Below, one piece after another: positions 24,312 to 34,561 of a DNA stretch of 36,158 bases (the stretch's first letter is position 1; each line of letters opens with the position of its first letter). Under the pieces are notes generated by a model. That model was not told where the DNA came from. It was given only the letters and a program-made list of their open reading frames with translations, and searched no databases. The stretch is from a virus (lineage: Duplodnaviria; Caudoviricetes). The stretch lies in the IMG/VR virus record IMGVR_UViG_3300022697_000054, positions 1 through 36,158 of that record; one strand, written 5' to 3'. A program made the position numbers and the translations under genes.

Positions 24312-24672
24312 TCCCGCACATCCCAAGCCTACGCGCAAAAAAAAGCGTAACGTGCGCGTTCATACGGTAGCGGAAGATGCTCACATGGCGGCGGTTGCGG
24401 AATTGGGGTGTTGGTCTGATAGGAAAACCCTTCATAATTGGGGGTATTCTAAACTTGGGGTTGTTTTGCATCACACAACATTTTTCAAGCGAAACAATTT
24501 TATGGTTATCCCATTAACGCCCAAAAATCATTACTACAGGCATAATGATAAACGCACATGGATAGATTTTCACGGTACCGAGCAGGAAATCCTCTGTGAG
24601 ATTTATGATGAACTCGATAAACAAGGAAAGCTCTGCAAGGAAGCCCGCGAAATATGGGAGGGGTTAATCTAG
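24301..24672 (+). CDS. Ref-like (recombination enhancement, HNH-fold) protein, divergent
   Basis: AE..HMAAVAELGC, LHH, VIPL...H, GTEQEIL. Confidence 0.6.
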   Translation: MKYNPAHPKPTRKKKRNVRVHTVAEDAHMAAVAELGCWSDRKTLHNWGYSKLGVVLHHTTFFKRNNFMVIPLTPKNHYYRHNDKRTWIDFHGTEQEILCEIYDELDKQGKLCKEAREIWEGLI

Positions 24673-24687
24673 CTTGTTATTAGCAGA

Positions 24688-25083
24688 CTATAGCGATTCC
24701 AAAAATTTCCTTGCCTGCCGTTTATCAACCATGCCCCAATATTGGGTTGTCAATACATATACCAATATTCCGACTGGTGTTCTGACGCCCTCTTTGAGTT
24801 CGGCTTTAATCTGCGCTCTCCATGCGGGTTTTTCTTCAATCCAGCGGAATTTTTTCGATATGAAATAAAGGATGAACCAAATCGCTTCGGCTCCGAGACC
24901 GCCCAGAACAGACCACAAAAAAGACTGTGTCATAATCCCGGTAAGCGTTACCCCACCGATAAACCATAACCCCTGTCGCAATCGGTGGACGTTCTCATGG
25001 GCGGCCTCAATTACTGACGTTCCACTTTTTCGCAAAAATATAAACGGGAAAATAGCGAAACTACGTTTAATATTTAATATCAT
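24688..25083 (-). CDS. Membrane protein with HExxH motif (putative metallopeptidase)
   Basis: AAHENVHRLRQ followed by two TM segments; ATGA overlap. Confidence 0.55.
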   Translation of the reverse strand: MILNIKRSFAIFPFIFLRKSGTSVIEAAHENVHRLRQGLWFIGGVTLTGIMTQSFLWSVLGGLGAEAIWFILYFISKKFRWIEEKPAWRAQIKAELKEGVRTPVGILVYVLTTQYWGMVDKRQARKFLESL

Positions 25084-25403
25084 TTTATGCCTTTCAGAGT
25101 CGCCAGCCATGCGGCCGCGCCAGTCGCCACCGCCGCCGCGATGCGGGAGACAAGTTTAATCTGCCGCATATTTTTATCCGCTGTATCAACCCGACCATTC
25201 AGATTTTTCAGATCGGCCACAACGGTTTTCATCTCCCCCGCCACCGCCGCCGCCACCTCGCACCCGCGCTTTTTTATTTCATCCATAATGATTTTATTAT
25301 CGCGTGTCATATCCCGTGTCTCATAAACCGATTCGGATAATTTATCGAGTGACGATTTGATCTCGTGAAGCATCGGGTCGGCGGCGCGGCGATTATTTTC
25401 CAT
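25080..25403 (-). CDS. Coiled-coil protein with C-terminal TM (XhlA/holin-like)
   Basis: Heptad pattern then IAAAVATGAAAWLA. Confidence 0.6.
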   Translation of the reverse strand: MENNRRAADPMLHEIKSSLDKLSESVYETRDMTRDNKIIMDEIKKRGCEVAAAVAGEMKTVVADLKNLNGRVDTADKNMRQIKLVSRIAAAVATGAAAWLATLKGIK

Positions 25404-25405
25404 CG

Positions 25406-25555
25406 TTACGCAAAAGCTCCAATCAGTTCTGGCGGTGTCTGTTGGCCGATGACGTTGCCGGCAGGGTCTTTTGCCATCTTATCGGGAAATTTCGCTTTCA
25501 GCTCCGCAATCAGAGCGGTTGTATCAGGGCAGTAAGTGATTAAATCCATGTACAT
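25406..25555 (-). CDS. 49-aa fibre-associated protein, possibly internally deleted
   Basis: AAGGAG RBS; MYMDLITYCPDT...TPPELIGAFA. Confidence 0.55.
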   Translation of the reverse strand: MYMDLITYCPDTTALIAELKAKFPDKMAKDPAGNVIGQQTPPELIGAFA

Positions 25556-25566
25556 TTCTATCTCCT

Positions 25567-27135
25567 TTACGGCGTGGTTAAAATAGCCATTTCGGCGTCT
25601 GAAGGGCATCTGTCATATCGCAACAGTCTGCCCATGTGTCCGTATGTAGGGCGAGAGGTTGAAGAATTCATCAGATAAATTTTGTTTTTATCTGTTATCG
25701 TTGTTGTCCCTTGAGTCGAGGAACTGGCAGTATTTGTGCCGTTCACCCAGAGTTTCAGCGTAGTCCCATCGAAAGAAATTCCCACTCGATAAGCCGTTTT
25801 CGGCGTGAACTCCGCAGAAGGCGAAGAGAGGTCGATAAAATGCCCTGAGTCAACCGAAACCTGTGCCCTAAATCTATCTGAAGAACCGCCAAACAAGAAC
25901 TGGTCGAAGATTGTTGGGCCTTGCAGTATCGTATCGAACCCACCTACGATACCGTCATAATCGAAGTCCAAGATTATCGCTCTTGGTTGGCTGTAGCCCG
26001 CCACGTTACCCGAAGTATCAATCCTGTTATCATCGGCGGCACGGGTAATTGATGTAGTCGTCGTCGGGATGTAAGACGATACGAACGGTGCATCTTCTAT
26101 CTGCGCGCCCCACACCCATACGCCTTTTGTAACATCACCGAGGTAATCGGCTATAACGCCATCGCCGGTAGTTACTCTAACGACCATCTGCTGGGCGCCG
26201 GTCTCAGCGCGCTCGAACTCACATCGGTAAAATCCGTTTTCCAGCAATGTTATTTTACCAACAGAACCTACGCTCTCGGTGCCTATCGCTCCCGCGCCGG
26301 AGAGATTGTACCAAACTGCTTTCGATGAGCCACCGGCGGGCTCAATAGATATCCATGTTCGACTTTTACCCTTAAGGTCGATTGAACAAGCAATTTTTCC
26401 GCTGGATACAGTAGCATTTTGGTAAAAAAGATGCTGTGCTGTAACAGCGGTCTCAAGCAGTAAATCAGCGGTTACGTTGCCGTCCGGCGCGGTCGTATCA
26501 TTAGCCGTAGGGGTGAGATTGCTTTTAGCCCATGCCGCGTTCGTGAAATCTTCGGAATAGAGAAATAGATTCGTTCCCGCACCTTCAAGTTTAACCTGTA
26601 TTTCACCATTCGCACCGCGCTCCCGGCGAAGCTCGTTTATCGCCGCACTCGTTACCAGCCCAGTGGTAGCATCTCTGTAAGTAGCCGTGGAAGCTCTTAA
26701 AACAAACTGCGCACCGGAAAGAGCCAGCTCATCATCAGCAGACCGCATAGGTACATAAACCTTCGGGTCATGTTTATCTGCCAGCCGCCATGCCTTGAAT
26801 TCTGCCGACTTTTCGACTACTTCCACGCTTGAGTTAAGCGAAGCATAGCCGCTCGCAACGCCTTTATTTGCGGTCGCTTCTTTCAGATCGAGCGCGGTCT
26901 GTTGTGCGGTTGATACCGGCTTATTCGCATCGGATGTATTATCTACATTCGAGAGTCCCACATCAGATTTTGCGAGAGTAACTACGCCCGTCTTGGACGC
27001 AACGCTCGTTACGGGTGCGAGATTCGCAATCTGTTGTGTCGTTAATTTTATCGTCGCGCTGGATTGAACCGCCGCTACCGGCTCGGTGCCGTCCGGCGTA
27101 ATGCCCGCTGTTAGATCACTAATTTTTACTGACAT
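25567..27135 (-). CDS. Fibre/spike protein with carbohydrate-binding and LamG/concanavalin-like domains
   Basis: N-terminal VKISDL; VGLSNVDNTSDANKPVSTAQ; TNLFLYSE; WGAQIE...SSYIPT...TRAAD; KLWVNG. Confidence 0.85.
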   Translation of the reverse strand: MSVKISDLTAGITPDGTEPVAAVQSSATIKLTTQQIANLAPVTSVASKTGVVTLAKSDVGLSNVDNTSDANKPVSTAQQTALDLKEATANKGVASGYASLNSSVEVVEKSAEFKAWRLADKHDPKVYVPMRSADDELALSGAQFVLRASTATYRDATTGLVTSAAINELRRERGANGEIQVKLEGAGTNLFLYSEDFTNAAWAKSNLTPTANDTTAPDGNVTADLLLETAVTAQHLFYQNATVSSGKIACSIDLKGKSRTWISIEPAGGSSKAVWYNLSGAGAIGTESVGSVGKITLLENGFYRCEFERAETGAQQMVVRVTTGDGVIADYLGDVTKGVWVWGAQIEDAPFVSSYIPTTTTSITRAADDNRIDTSGNVAGYSQPRAIILDFDYDGIVGGFDTILQGPTIFDQFLFGGSSDRFRAQVSVDSGHFIDLSSPSAEFTPKTAYRVGISFDGTTLKLWVNGTNTASSSTQGTTTITDKNKIYLMNSSTSRPTYGHMGRLLRYDRCPSDAEMAILTTP

Positions 27136-27170
27136 ATTAAATCTCCTTTTTGATTATATTATACATACCA

Positions 27171-27869
27171 TTATGCTATTCGTGAACCATCGAATGAACC
27201 GATAATAGCAGAACTAGCACCTTGATTATGATAAGTAAAAAATTCAAAATAATCCGTGCTCCCGTTAGCATCAACAACAGCGGTTACAGATATAGATTGT
27301 CCTGATGCCACAATCTGATTTTCTAATAGCCGACCACCGGAACCATTTTTATATAAACGGATTTTTCCTATAAAATTTCCAGATGCAAAATAACTAACAA
27401 ACGCTGTTAACAAATATTTGCCCGCCACGGTCGGGGTAAATCTATAATTCGTAACAGCGTCATAATCTGAATTCGTGTCAAATACTTCAGACATAAAAGC
27501 CACTTTTGTCCATGCAGCATTCGGTATTGATTGGGTTCCGCTAACATCTGCGCTTAAACTAGGCCATGCTGAGCCTGCTAATGTTACTGCACTTGGCACA
27601 ATCGCCCCAGTAAATCCAGCCGATGTAAAGAACCCGACACTACTACCACCACAATAAACGTCTATTTTATTCGCGGAAGGGTTACTGATATATGTATCCA
27701 AATCATCGCGCCATGTAACGCCCGCACCCGTAACGCCGGTACCAACAATCACCTGCGAAAAATCACCTACGCTGTCTCGATTGTATTGAGTGTTATCAAA
27801 CACATTATCGAAATGCCCCTTTTTCGTCGGGTCTCCGATTGATACCGGGTTGCTATTAGTCCATGCCAT
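27171..27869 (-). CDS. Short tail fibre with C1q/TNF-like C-terminal domain
   Basis: Q.IPNAAWTKVAF..EVFDT...RFTPTVAGKY...DYFE. Confidence 0.8.
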   Translation of the reverse strand: MAWTNSNPVSIGDPTKKGHFDNVFDNTQYNRDSVGDFSQVIVGTGVTGAGVTWRDDLDTYISNPSANKIDVYCGGSSVGFFTSAGFTGAIVPSAVTLAGSAWPSLSADVSGTQSIPNAAWTKVAFMSEVFDTNSDYDAVTNYRFTPTVAGKYLLTAFVSYFASGNFIGKIRLYKNGSGGRLLENQIVASGQSISVTAVVDANGSTDYFEFFTYHNQGASSAIIGSFDGSRIA

Positions 27870-27873
27870 AATT

Positions 27874-28197
27874 CTATCCTTTCAGCAGTTCTTTAATGCG
27901 CGCCCGCGTGTTTATCTGCTTCATGTTAGCAAGTTCCGTTTGTTTAATGCTATCCATTTCAAACTCTTTTAAATCATCCTGAAACGCGGATTCTGAAAGT
28001 ACGTCAACCATCGGCGTATCAGGATTGACCGGAAATATTAAAGCACCTTCGCCGACCGGCACTATCCACCGCCACGCCTGCCCGTTCAGGCAGTGGAAAA
28101 ACGATTTATCCCAATCGGCATTTTTAAATAGCGGAATTATGCGCGCCCACGAAACCCGCTTATGTTTTTCTTCTTTTAAAATATCCTTAATTTGCAT
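27874..28197 (-). CDS. Hypothetical tail-region protein
   Basis: AGGAG RBS; ORF track. Confidence 0.7.
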   Translation of the reverse strand: MQIKDILKEEKHKRVSWARIIPLFKNADWDKSFFHCLNGQAWRWIVPVGEGALIFPVNPDTPMVDVLSESAFQDDLKEFEMDSIKQTELANMKQINTRARIKELLKG

Positions 28198-28216
28198 ATA
28201 TTCTCCTTTATGAAAT

Positions 28217-30229
28217 TTACCACCAAACCGATTTATTTACAGATGTGGCATCCGCAGGGTCGGCTCTTCCTACGCTGTCAGTCCAGAATCCCTGCGATTG
28301 TTTTTGCACATCCGTTGCCGATGTATAAACCGGCGCACCGGTGTCAGTCCAGAATCCTATCCGTTCGCTAATACCATGAAGATCGTTAGCCTCAAACTCT
28401 ATGCCCATTTCACGCGATAGGTTTTTTGAAATACCGGTAAGAATAAAAACACGGCTGGCGTATCCCGCACTTTCTTTAAATGGAGCGCGGGAACTTGTCA
28501 AACGTATTTGATGACCTAAATCAATTTGGGCAAGCTGAAATTTCGTCTTTCCAGATACGCGCAAAAACGGCGAACTCCGCAAAAGCAATTCACGTTGCGC
28601 AAGGATAATCGCATCAGATTGATTATCCAAATATGTATCAATCGTTTTTGATTTTTTGCGATCGTATTTATTTAAAGCATCGCTATCAGTCTGTTGTGTG
28701 TATGTGTAACTCCCTTTTGCGTAATCATAAGAATACCCAATCCGCATAATTGAACTGTATGTAGACGTATCCAAATTCGCGCGCAATGAAAGCAAGTCCG
28801 ATCTATCTATCATCGGTGCCGTGGAATCTATGACCGGATTCAAAACTTCGTACTCGAATTGTCCGCTTCGATTAACGTAGAACCGCGCTAAATCAGAACG
28901 GCAAATTTTATCTATTACATCAATCGTTCTTTCGACTTTATTGAGATATATCGCGCCAGTGAAAACACTATCTGTTTTTGAGGTTGCGAATATTGGTAAA
29001 TTTAAATCGGCATCAACAAAACTATTATGTGTCTGTAAAATATCTTTTACATAATCAGAGAAAAAAGTCATCTGGGTACTGTCAGCATTCTTAACGCCTT
29101 TGAACGCCGCCCGGATGAGCGTTTGGCCATTCGTGTAGCCGTTGGTAGTGAAGTCCACAATAAATGTAGCGAGCGTTAAATCAACCGTACCGTATTGGTC
29201 TGCACCTCCACCACTTGATACGGTAGCCCATGTTATACCCCCGTCATGGCTTACCTGAACCCCATCAAGTGAAAATATCGCGTGGTCGCATATTTTATAC
29301 TGAACTTTATTTGTCGCGTAGGATTCGTTTATCGCAGTTACGATAGGTGCGGTAGACGATGTGAACGTGCCCCATGCGAGCGGGATAGGGTTACCTATGC
29401 TTGACGCGTCCATATTCGGATAGGTAGAAGTATCAAAAAGGTTGTCGGGGAAACTTCTCAATAATTCAAGCTGGCTATCTTTAAGCCGGAAATTCACGCG
29501 GGTTTCATCCCATTCTTTATCTTGCATCCGTCCTGTAAAAGCCGGGTCGTATTCGCTAAACGGTAAATCTTCACCGCCGAAATAAATTTTAATCGGCTGA
29601 TTAAACCATAGGAACTTATCTAATATCACGTTCCAGTATCCATCGTTATTCGCCATTACGATCGTACCCGTAGTCGTTACCGCATAACCGGAATGCAGGT
29701 GCATCGACTCAAACCGCACCGAAGGAACTTCTAACAAATACGGCTCCCAATAAACATTATTTAATGCTATGCCTTCGGTCGCAAAATACATATTGAACGA
29801 TGCTTTTAAAACACTTGTTACAACCGTAGGATCGCCGCCGACGTTCACATAAAGCAACCCGTTATCAATATCATGCCAGTATGAATTCGCGGCCGCTTGA
29901 ACATTAGCGATAGACGATCCCGTAGTTAATTCTACGCCTGCCTCGGTCGTTAGCGTAACACCGGCCTCAGTCGCTAATAACGTATTGTTAAGCGTTAGCG
30001 ATGTTCCGTCCGCTTTGATACCTGTTATCGCTTTCCGAATCGTTACTACATCCCCGGACGTAAGCGTTACGGATTCATTTAAATATGAAATTCTCCACAC
30101 ATCCGTATTCGGTGATGATTCCTGCACCCACGCGAACGGCTGTAAATCTTCCGCCGGGGTTAATTGTGCGAGAATAATCTTATGTGTATTCGGAGTTGCT
30201 ATTAGCGAAGCAAACGTAGTTATACTCAC
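28217..30229 (-). CDS. Tail-tip hub/baseplate protein
   Basis: 670 aa, second gene after tape measure; GNPIPLAWG; beta-rich. Confidence 0.75.
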   Translation of the reverse strand: MSITTFASLIATPNTHKIILAQLTPAEDLQPFAWVQESSPNTDVWRISYLNESVTLTSGDVVTIRKAITGIKADGTSLTLNNTLLATEAGVTLTTEAGVELTTGSSIANVQAAANSYWHDIDNGLLYVNVGGDPTVVTSVLKASFNMYFATEGIALNNVYWEPYLLEVPSVRFESMHLHSGYAVTTTGTIVMANNDGYWNVILDKFLWFNQPIKIYFGGEDLPFSEYDPAFTGRMQDKEWDETRVNFRLKDSQLELLRSFPDNLFDTSTYPNMDASSIGNPIPLAWGTFTSSTAPIVTAINESYATNKVQYKICDHAIFSLDGVQVSHDGGITWATVSSGGGADQYGTVDLTLATFIVDFTTNGYTNGQTLIRAAFKGVKNADSTQMTFFSDYVKDILQTHNSFVDADLNLPIFATSKTDSVFTGAIYLNKVERTIDVIDKICRSDLARFYVNRSGQFEYEVLNPVIDSTAPMIDRSDLLSLRANLDTSTYSSIMRIGYSYDYAKGSYTYTQQTDSDALNKYDRKKSKTIDTYLDNQSDAIILAQRELLLRSSPFLRVSGKTKFQLAQIDLGHQIRLTSSRAPFKESAGYASRVFILTGISKNLSREMGIEFEANDLHGISERIGFWTDTGAPVYTSATDVQKQSQGFWTDSVGRADPADATSVNKSVWW
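29924..29980 (-). repeat. 57-bp repeat copy 2 encoding LLATEAGVTLTTEAGVELT
   Basis: Matches 262-318 at 51/57. Confidence 0.95.
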
Positions 30230-30990
30230 AATAATTCCTCGAAGTTCAAGACAAATGAATATCTTTCACCGTTCACGGTTTTCAATGAATGCAGAATCTC
30301 TTTTATATCCGGCAATCGTCCGTAGTATGTAGTTGCATTGATTGTTGACGTAGACGTAGTGTCTACGGTTAATACAATCGCTTGATGCGTAAGAATCGTT
30401 TCAAACATTGTTACCCAATTATCGCGGTCAGTTGCCGTGATGTGCGAAAACGTAAGGGCTATTTCATGGTAATAATTCTTTACATCTGAATGGATTTGAC
30501 CGCCGATTGACTGGCTGGACGTTGCAAGGTCAACAATCCGATTACTGTAAGAGCCGATATCAAAACTCTTCGCAGGCTGGAAATAAGAGCCTAACATGAC
30601 CCGCCCTAACGATATATAAGTCCCGGTAGTGTTGGTCATTAGTATCCGCCAATAGCGGTACGTTTGTGCCGTCATGTAATGGAAAAGATTCGTAGCGTTA
30701 TAAGTGAGCGTGATATCCACCGACGGCGTACCCCAAGAATCGGTAGCGTTTCCTTGCAGTTTATACGTCCCGCCGGACTGGAAATTATGGTTCATAATCG
30801 CCAGCATCGTTACCGATTGAGCCGAGCCTAAATCAATCACCACCCACTCGCTCGTAAGCCCGGTTGTGCGGTATTCTTTTGTTCTGAATTCGTGTTGGAT
30901 ATTGGAAACGGGAAAAGCCGCGTCCTCGCTGTTTTTTGTAAGCGTTGCAGTTTTCGCTAAATCAATATAAAGGATTCTTGGAGTTGTCAT
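30226..30990 (-). CDS. Distal tail protein with discoidin-like domain
   Basis: FPVSNIQ, EWVVIDLGSAQ, YRYWRI; follows tape measure. Confidence 0.75.
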   Translation of the reverse strand: MTTPRILYIDLAKTATLTKNSEDAAFPVSNIQHEFRTKEYRTTGLTSEWVVIDLGSAQSVTMLAIMNHNFQSGGTYKLQGNATDSWGTPSVDITLTYNATNLFHYMTAQTYRYWRILMTNTTGTYISLGRVMLGSYFQPAKSFDIGSYSNRIVDLATSSQSIGGQIHSDVKNYYHEIALTFSHITATDRDNWVTMFETILTHQAIVLTVDTTSTSTINATTYYGRLPDIKEILHSLKTVNGERYSFVLNFEELL

Positions 30991-33584
30991 GCTAATATCA
31001 CCGAGCTATCGAGTTTTAAGTTTCCGTCTCTGGACATATCCGCTAATGCCCGCGCAAGTATTTTTCCATCCATAACCAGATTTATTTGTAACGGTTGCAT
31101 CGGTGCGCGGGAAGTATCGCCTGTTATTTTTACCGGGATATTTCGCCCGCCGGATAATGGTACTATGGCTTCCGGCCCCGCTTCGCCGACACCAACGACC
31201 TGCGGTTGATTAACAACGCCACCTGATGCGAACCAGTTTAGCGGATTTAAATCAGAACGTCCGATATCACTTACTGCCTTACCGATAGTATTACCTACAT
31301 TGCCGATGCCCTTTGTGATTTCATTTAATGCGTTTGTTTGTGACAATAATGCTATTGCCGCCACCGCCGCGCCTACCGGATGAGCCGCCAGAAACGCGCT
31401 AATACCGCCACCGCCGAATACCGTTGTCTCTGCGCCTACTGCTCCCGTTACTGATGCGGGAAATAAGGAACTGCCTACTGCACCGCCCACCGCCGCGCCA
31501 GTCGCGCCCGAAACCGCCCCCGATAACGCCGACCCGCCGATGCCCTGAATACCAATCGGTAAATTAAGTAGCCCCGAAACTACCCAATTCGCTAACATTT
31601 CTGCAATCATATTTACCCATATATCAATTATCGCTTGACCCATTGATCGGAACGCATCGGGTACCGATTCAATATCACCTTTGATTAAATCTACAAAGCC
31701 GGACTTGAAGCCATCTCGCATAGCAAACGCCGTTGCCTTACTGCCTTTAAGCATAAGCTCTTGTGAGTTCTCAAATTCTATTTGCGCTTCAACCAGCCCG
31801 GCTTTAAACGCCTGTAACCGCGTAACCTCTTGGTCTTTAACCGCCGCGTGGAATTTTCGTAATGCCGCTATCCGCTGTGCGTATGTTGATTCCTCGTCAT
31901 CAATAATTCCCTGTAATCCTATAAACGATATTGTGCGGCGGGTTTTTGTAGACTTCTTTTCTGCCTCGATTCCTGCTTTAATGGTTTTTTTAATCGAGGC
32001 TAATTCTGACTTGTTATCAGCGGCTTTAAACGCTTCGAGTGAGTTTTTACCATCTTCCAGCGTTGCGAAAAACCTAGAAAGTTTTTTATCTATTTCATCG
32101 AAATCCTTCCCGAAATCTTTAACTGATGAACCAAGCCCAGAGATAGAATCTGCGCCTACCGATTTAATCGCTTCGATTTCGGCCTGTAGTTTTATGCGCT
32201 GGATTTTTATAAGCGCGACATTTGTAGCCGCGAACCCACCGAAATCACCCGGCAGTTTTGCAAACGCTTCGTTTACTGTCTGCGCGGCTGAAAGGATAAG
32301 ATCGAAACCTTCCGATGTGGTAAGCACCATCGCATCAATGCCAACACGAACGCCCGCTATTCCAATTTTTACACCGTCAAAAGACTTCGCAAATATTGCT
32401 ACGCCAGCCGCGCCTATTTCCAGCCCGCCGATAAGCACCGTATCAATCGCTTTTGTCATCGCAATAGCGTTGTCTTTATTGTTTATAAATTCCCCGGCCA
32501 ATTCGCGTAGCGTAGGCGTTAATGATTGGCCAATAGCTATTTTGCTTTCTTCATAAATACTGTTCAGCTTTTTCAAATCGCCGGCAAAATTGTCTTGTCG
32601 GATTCGCGCTTGCTCATACGCGATATTCGTCCCGGTAAGTTTTTCGGTAAACGTATCTATCGAGTCGGCTTCTTTAATAAGCGCATTGGCCGCCAATATC
32701 GCTCTATTACCGAATAGTGACGCTTTCTCGGAAGTAGTTAAATGTGCCGCCGCAAGATTTTTAATCGCTTTTGTAAGCCCCACAACTTCGGGATTGAATT
32801 CATCGCGGCTTTGAGTAGCTAGCCGGATTAAAAGAGTTTTCAATCCCGTCCCGGCTTCTTCCGCTTTCAATGAAACTTTTGCCATTGTTTGAATAGCGGC
32901 GTTCGTTTCCTCAAAAGAAATTCCCATATTCGCCGCGACTGTGCCAGCTTTTTGCATTGCTACCGCCGTGTCGGAAATTTCAGACGCGCCGAATTTAGAA
33001 CCTGCCGCAAGGACGTTTATAAAGCGTCCAGCTTGGTCTGCGCCCGCACTGAATTGATTTAATGCAGAACCAACAGCAATCGCCGCATCGGTCAAATCTA
33101 GCCCCGATGCCTCCGCAAGAGTTATCGTCTCTTTCGTAACCTGCTTCAGAGCGGCGGCATTCTCTAATAAATCCGGCTTCGCGGACGCGACAAGTTTAAA
33201 CGCAAGTGCGGCTTGCGTTGCTGTGAGCGTAGTCGATGCGCCGAATTCCCGCGCACTATTAGAGAGGAACTTCAGGTCTTTACCTGTCGCTCCGGTGATC
33301 GCGGAAAGTTCGCTTACAGCCGCTCCGAATTCAGCTGATGCCCCCACGCTCTTTTTCGCAATGAGCGCAAGTCCGCCCCCAATCGCAACGGACGCAATGG
33401 AAATCCCCCGCGCAGTATCACGCGCCGCCCTGCCGATTTTTCGGAAATCCTTCTCGACCTTGCGTAACTGTTTCTTGCTCCGGCGAGAGAATATAGCTAT
33501 GGAGCCGGACGCGCCTTTCAGCTCCCGCGAAAAGCGGGATGTGTTGAGTAATAGCTCAACAAATACAGACCCGATGCTAGCCAT
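30987..33584 (-). CDS. Tail tape measure protein (TP901-family core)
   Basis: LSAITGATG, LAEASG, INVLAAG, AGTGLK; Ala/Gly-rich; FASGGVV..P...GEAGPEAIVPL. Confidence 0.95.
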   Translation of the reverse strand: MASIGSVFVELLLNTSRFSRELKGASGSIAIFSRRSKKQLRKVEKDFRKIGRAARDTARGISIASVAIGGGLALIAKKSVGASAEFGAAVSELSAITGATGKDLKFLSNSAREFGASTTLTATQAALAFKLVASAKPDLLENAAALKQVTKETITLAEASGLDLTDAAIAVGSALNQFSAGADQAGRFINVLAAGSKFGASEISDTAVAMQKAGTVAANMGISFEETNAAIQTMAKVSLKAEEAGTGLKTLLIRLATQSRDEFNPEVVGLTKAIKNLAAAHLTTSEKASLFGNRAILAANALIKEADSIDTFTEKLTGTNIAYEQARIRQDNFAGDLKKLNSIYEESKIAIGQSLTPTLRELAGEFINNKDNAIAMTKAIDTVLIGGLEIGAAGVAIFAKSFDGVKIGIAGVRVGIDAMVLTTSEGFDLILSAAQTVNEAFAKLPGDFGGFAATNVALIKIQRIKLQAEIEAIKSVGADSISGLGSSVKDFGKDFDEIDKKLSRFFATLEDGKNSLEAFKAADNKSELASIKKTIKAGIEAEKKSTKTRRTISFIGLQGIIDDEESTYAQRIAALRKFHAAVKDQEVTRLQAFKAGLVEAQIEFENSQELMLKGSKATAFAMRDGFKSGFVDLIKGDIESVPDAFRSMGQAIIDIWVNMIAEMLANWVVSGLLNLPIGIQGIGGSALSGAVSGATGAAVGGAVGSSLFPASVTGAVGAETTVFGGGGISAFLAAHPVGAAVAAIALLSQTNALNEITKGIGNVGNTIGKAVSDIGRSDLNPLNWFASGGVVNQPQVVGVGEAGPEAIVPLSGGRNIPVKITGDTSRAPMQPLQINLVMDGKILARALADMSRDGNLKLDSSVILA

Positions 33585-33783
33585 TACGCGCTTGTCTCGC
33601 TTTCATCGTAGCCTCATTCTGCAAATCTCTCACTGTCCGTTCCTCATTTTCGATCTGGAAAAACGCTATCCATTCCGTCAATTCGCGGCTGTCTAAATTT
33701 TTCAATAATTGCCCGACCGTCATCCCCAATTCCCGCGCTAATTGGAAGAGGAACCTTCGCTGTGGCCGGGCGTTGAGTTTTTT
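33577..33783 (-). CDS. Tail assembly chaperone GT, -1 frameshift extension
   Basis: -1 frame after A AAA AAC reads LNARPQRRFLFQLARELGMTVGQLL...SRELTEWIAFF...NG*. Confidence 0.85.
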   Translation of the reverse strand, partial: KKLNARPQRRFLFQLARELGMTVGQLLKNLDSRELTEWIAFFQIENEERTVRDLQNEATMKARQARNG

Positions 33784-34121
33784 ACCATTTCCTCAAGTTC
33801 CGCAGGGGTAAGAGCATTCAGACTGCGAGCGGCTTCAAACACGCGGGATAAAGCTGTCGCGCTTTTCTTGCCGAGAGCCTCAATATCTTCTACAGTAAAA
33901 ATGAGATTGCCGCTTTTGTTAACAATCGTTAATGCCGCAAGCCGGGCGCGAAGATTTTCCATATTGGTTTCTTCACGCCCGACATACAAATCAGTTTCCC
34001 ACCTGTCCCTGCAAACCCCGGACATAACGCTTACGCGCACCGTGCCACCCCACTCCGGCACTTCCACATCTTTAAAAACGAGGTCGTCTGCTTTTAGAAT
34101 ATCATTCTTACCAAGTAGCAT
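33738..34121 (-). CDS. Tail assembly chaperone G
   Basis: DILKADD...VEVPEWGG.V.V..MSG..RD; ends VKNS at the slippery site. Confidence 0.9.
   Translation of the reverse strand: MLLGKNDILKADDLVFKDVEVPEWGGTVRVSVMSGVCRDRWETDLYVGREETNMENLRARLAALTIVNKSGNLIFTVEDIEALGKKSATALSRVFEAARSLNALTPAELEEMVKNSTPGHSEGSSSN
33777..33783 (-). promoter_or_regulatory. -1 programmed frameshift slippery heptamer A AAA AAC
   Basis: X XXY YYZ in the G frame, between tail tube and tape measure genes. Confidence 0.85.
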
Positions 34122-34130
34122 CAGACCTCC

Positions 34131-34541
34131 TTACGCCGTGGCTCTGGAAATATCGCCTGCAGATTTAAACGTGGCGTTAGTTGTCGCCAAATCGCCAACA
34201 GAATTTCCGAGCGGTGAATAAGCGTCCATTACAACAAGACCCGTATAGTTCGGATTCGATGTAGATACCGCCCCAGCGTCCGGGCGCAGTATAATCGTAA
34301 AAGCCGCCGCACCGATAAGCGGAAACAGTGTCGCATCAACCGAACTTGTAGCAAAGTCCTGCACAAACTCAACATCGGCAGACCAGCTTTTAAGTCCGGC
34401 GATATTGATCTCCGTGTTATCGCTCATTGATGTTGAGTCCTCCAGCTTCGCGCCGACATCGAGTTTGACGCTCTTAACGTGATCCGAGAGATCAACCCCA
34501 TTTATGCTTACAAAAGCATTTTTTAAAATCGAAATACCCAT
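34131..34541 (-). CDS. Major tail tube protein
   Basis: INGVDLSDHVKSV, IAGLKSWS, STSNPNYTG; precedes the chaperones. Confidence 0.85.
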   Translation of the reverse strand: MGISILKNAFVSINGVDLSDHVKSVKLDVGAKLEDSTSMSDNTEINIAGLKSWSADVEFVQDFATSSVDATLFPLIGAAAFTIILRPDAGAVSTSNPNYTGLVVMDAYSPLGNSVGDLATTNATFKSAGDISRATA

Positions 34542-34561
34542 TTAATTAAACTCCTTTCTGT

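Noticed and set aside
29924-29980. 57-bp repeat pair as a diversity-generating retroelement TR/VR
   Set aside because: No reverse transcriptase; mismatches are not adenine-specific in one copy and are all synonymous
31681-32556. 291-aa plus-strand ORF
   Set aside because: Antisense shadow of the tape measure gene
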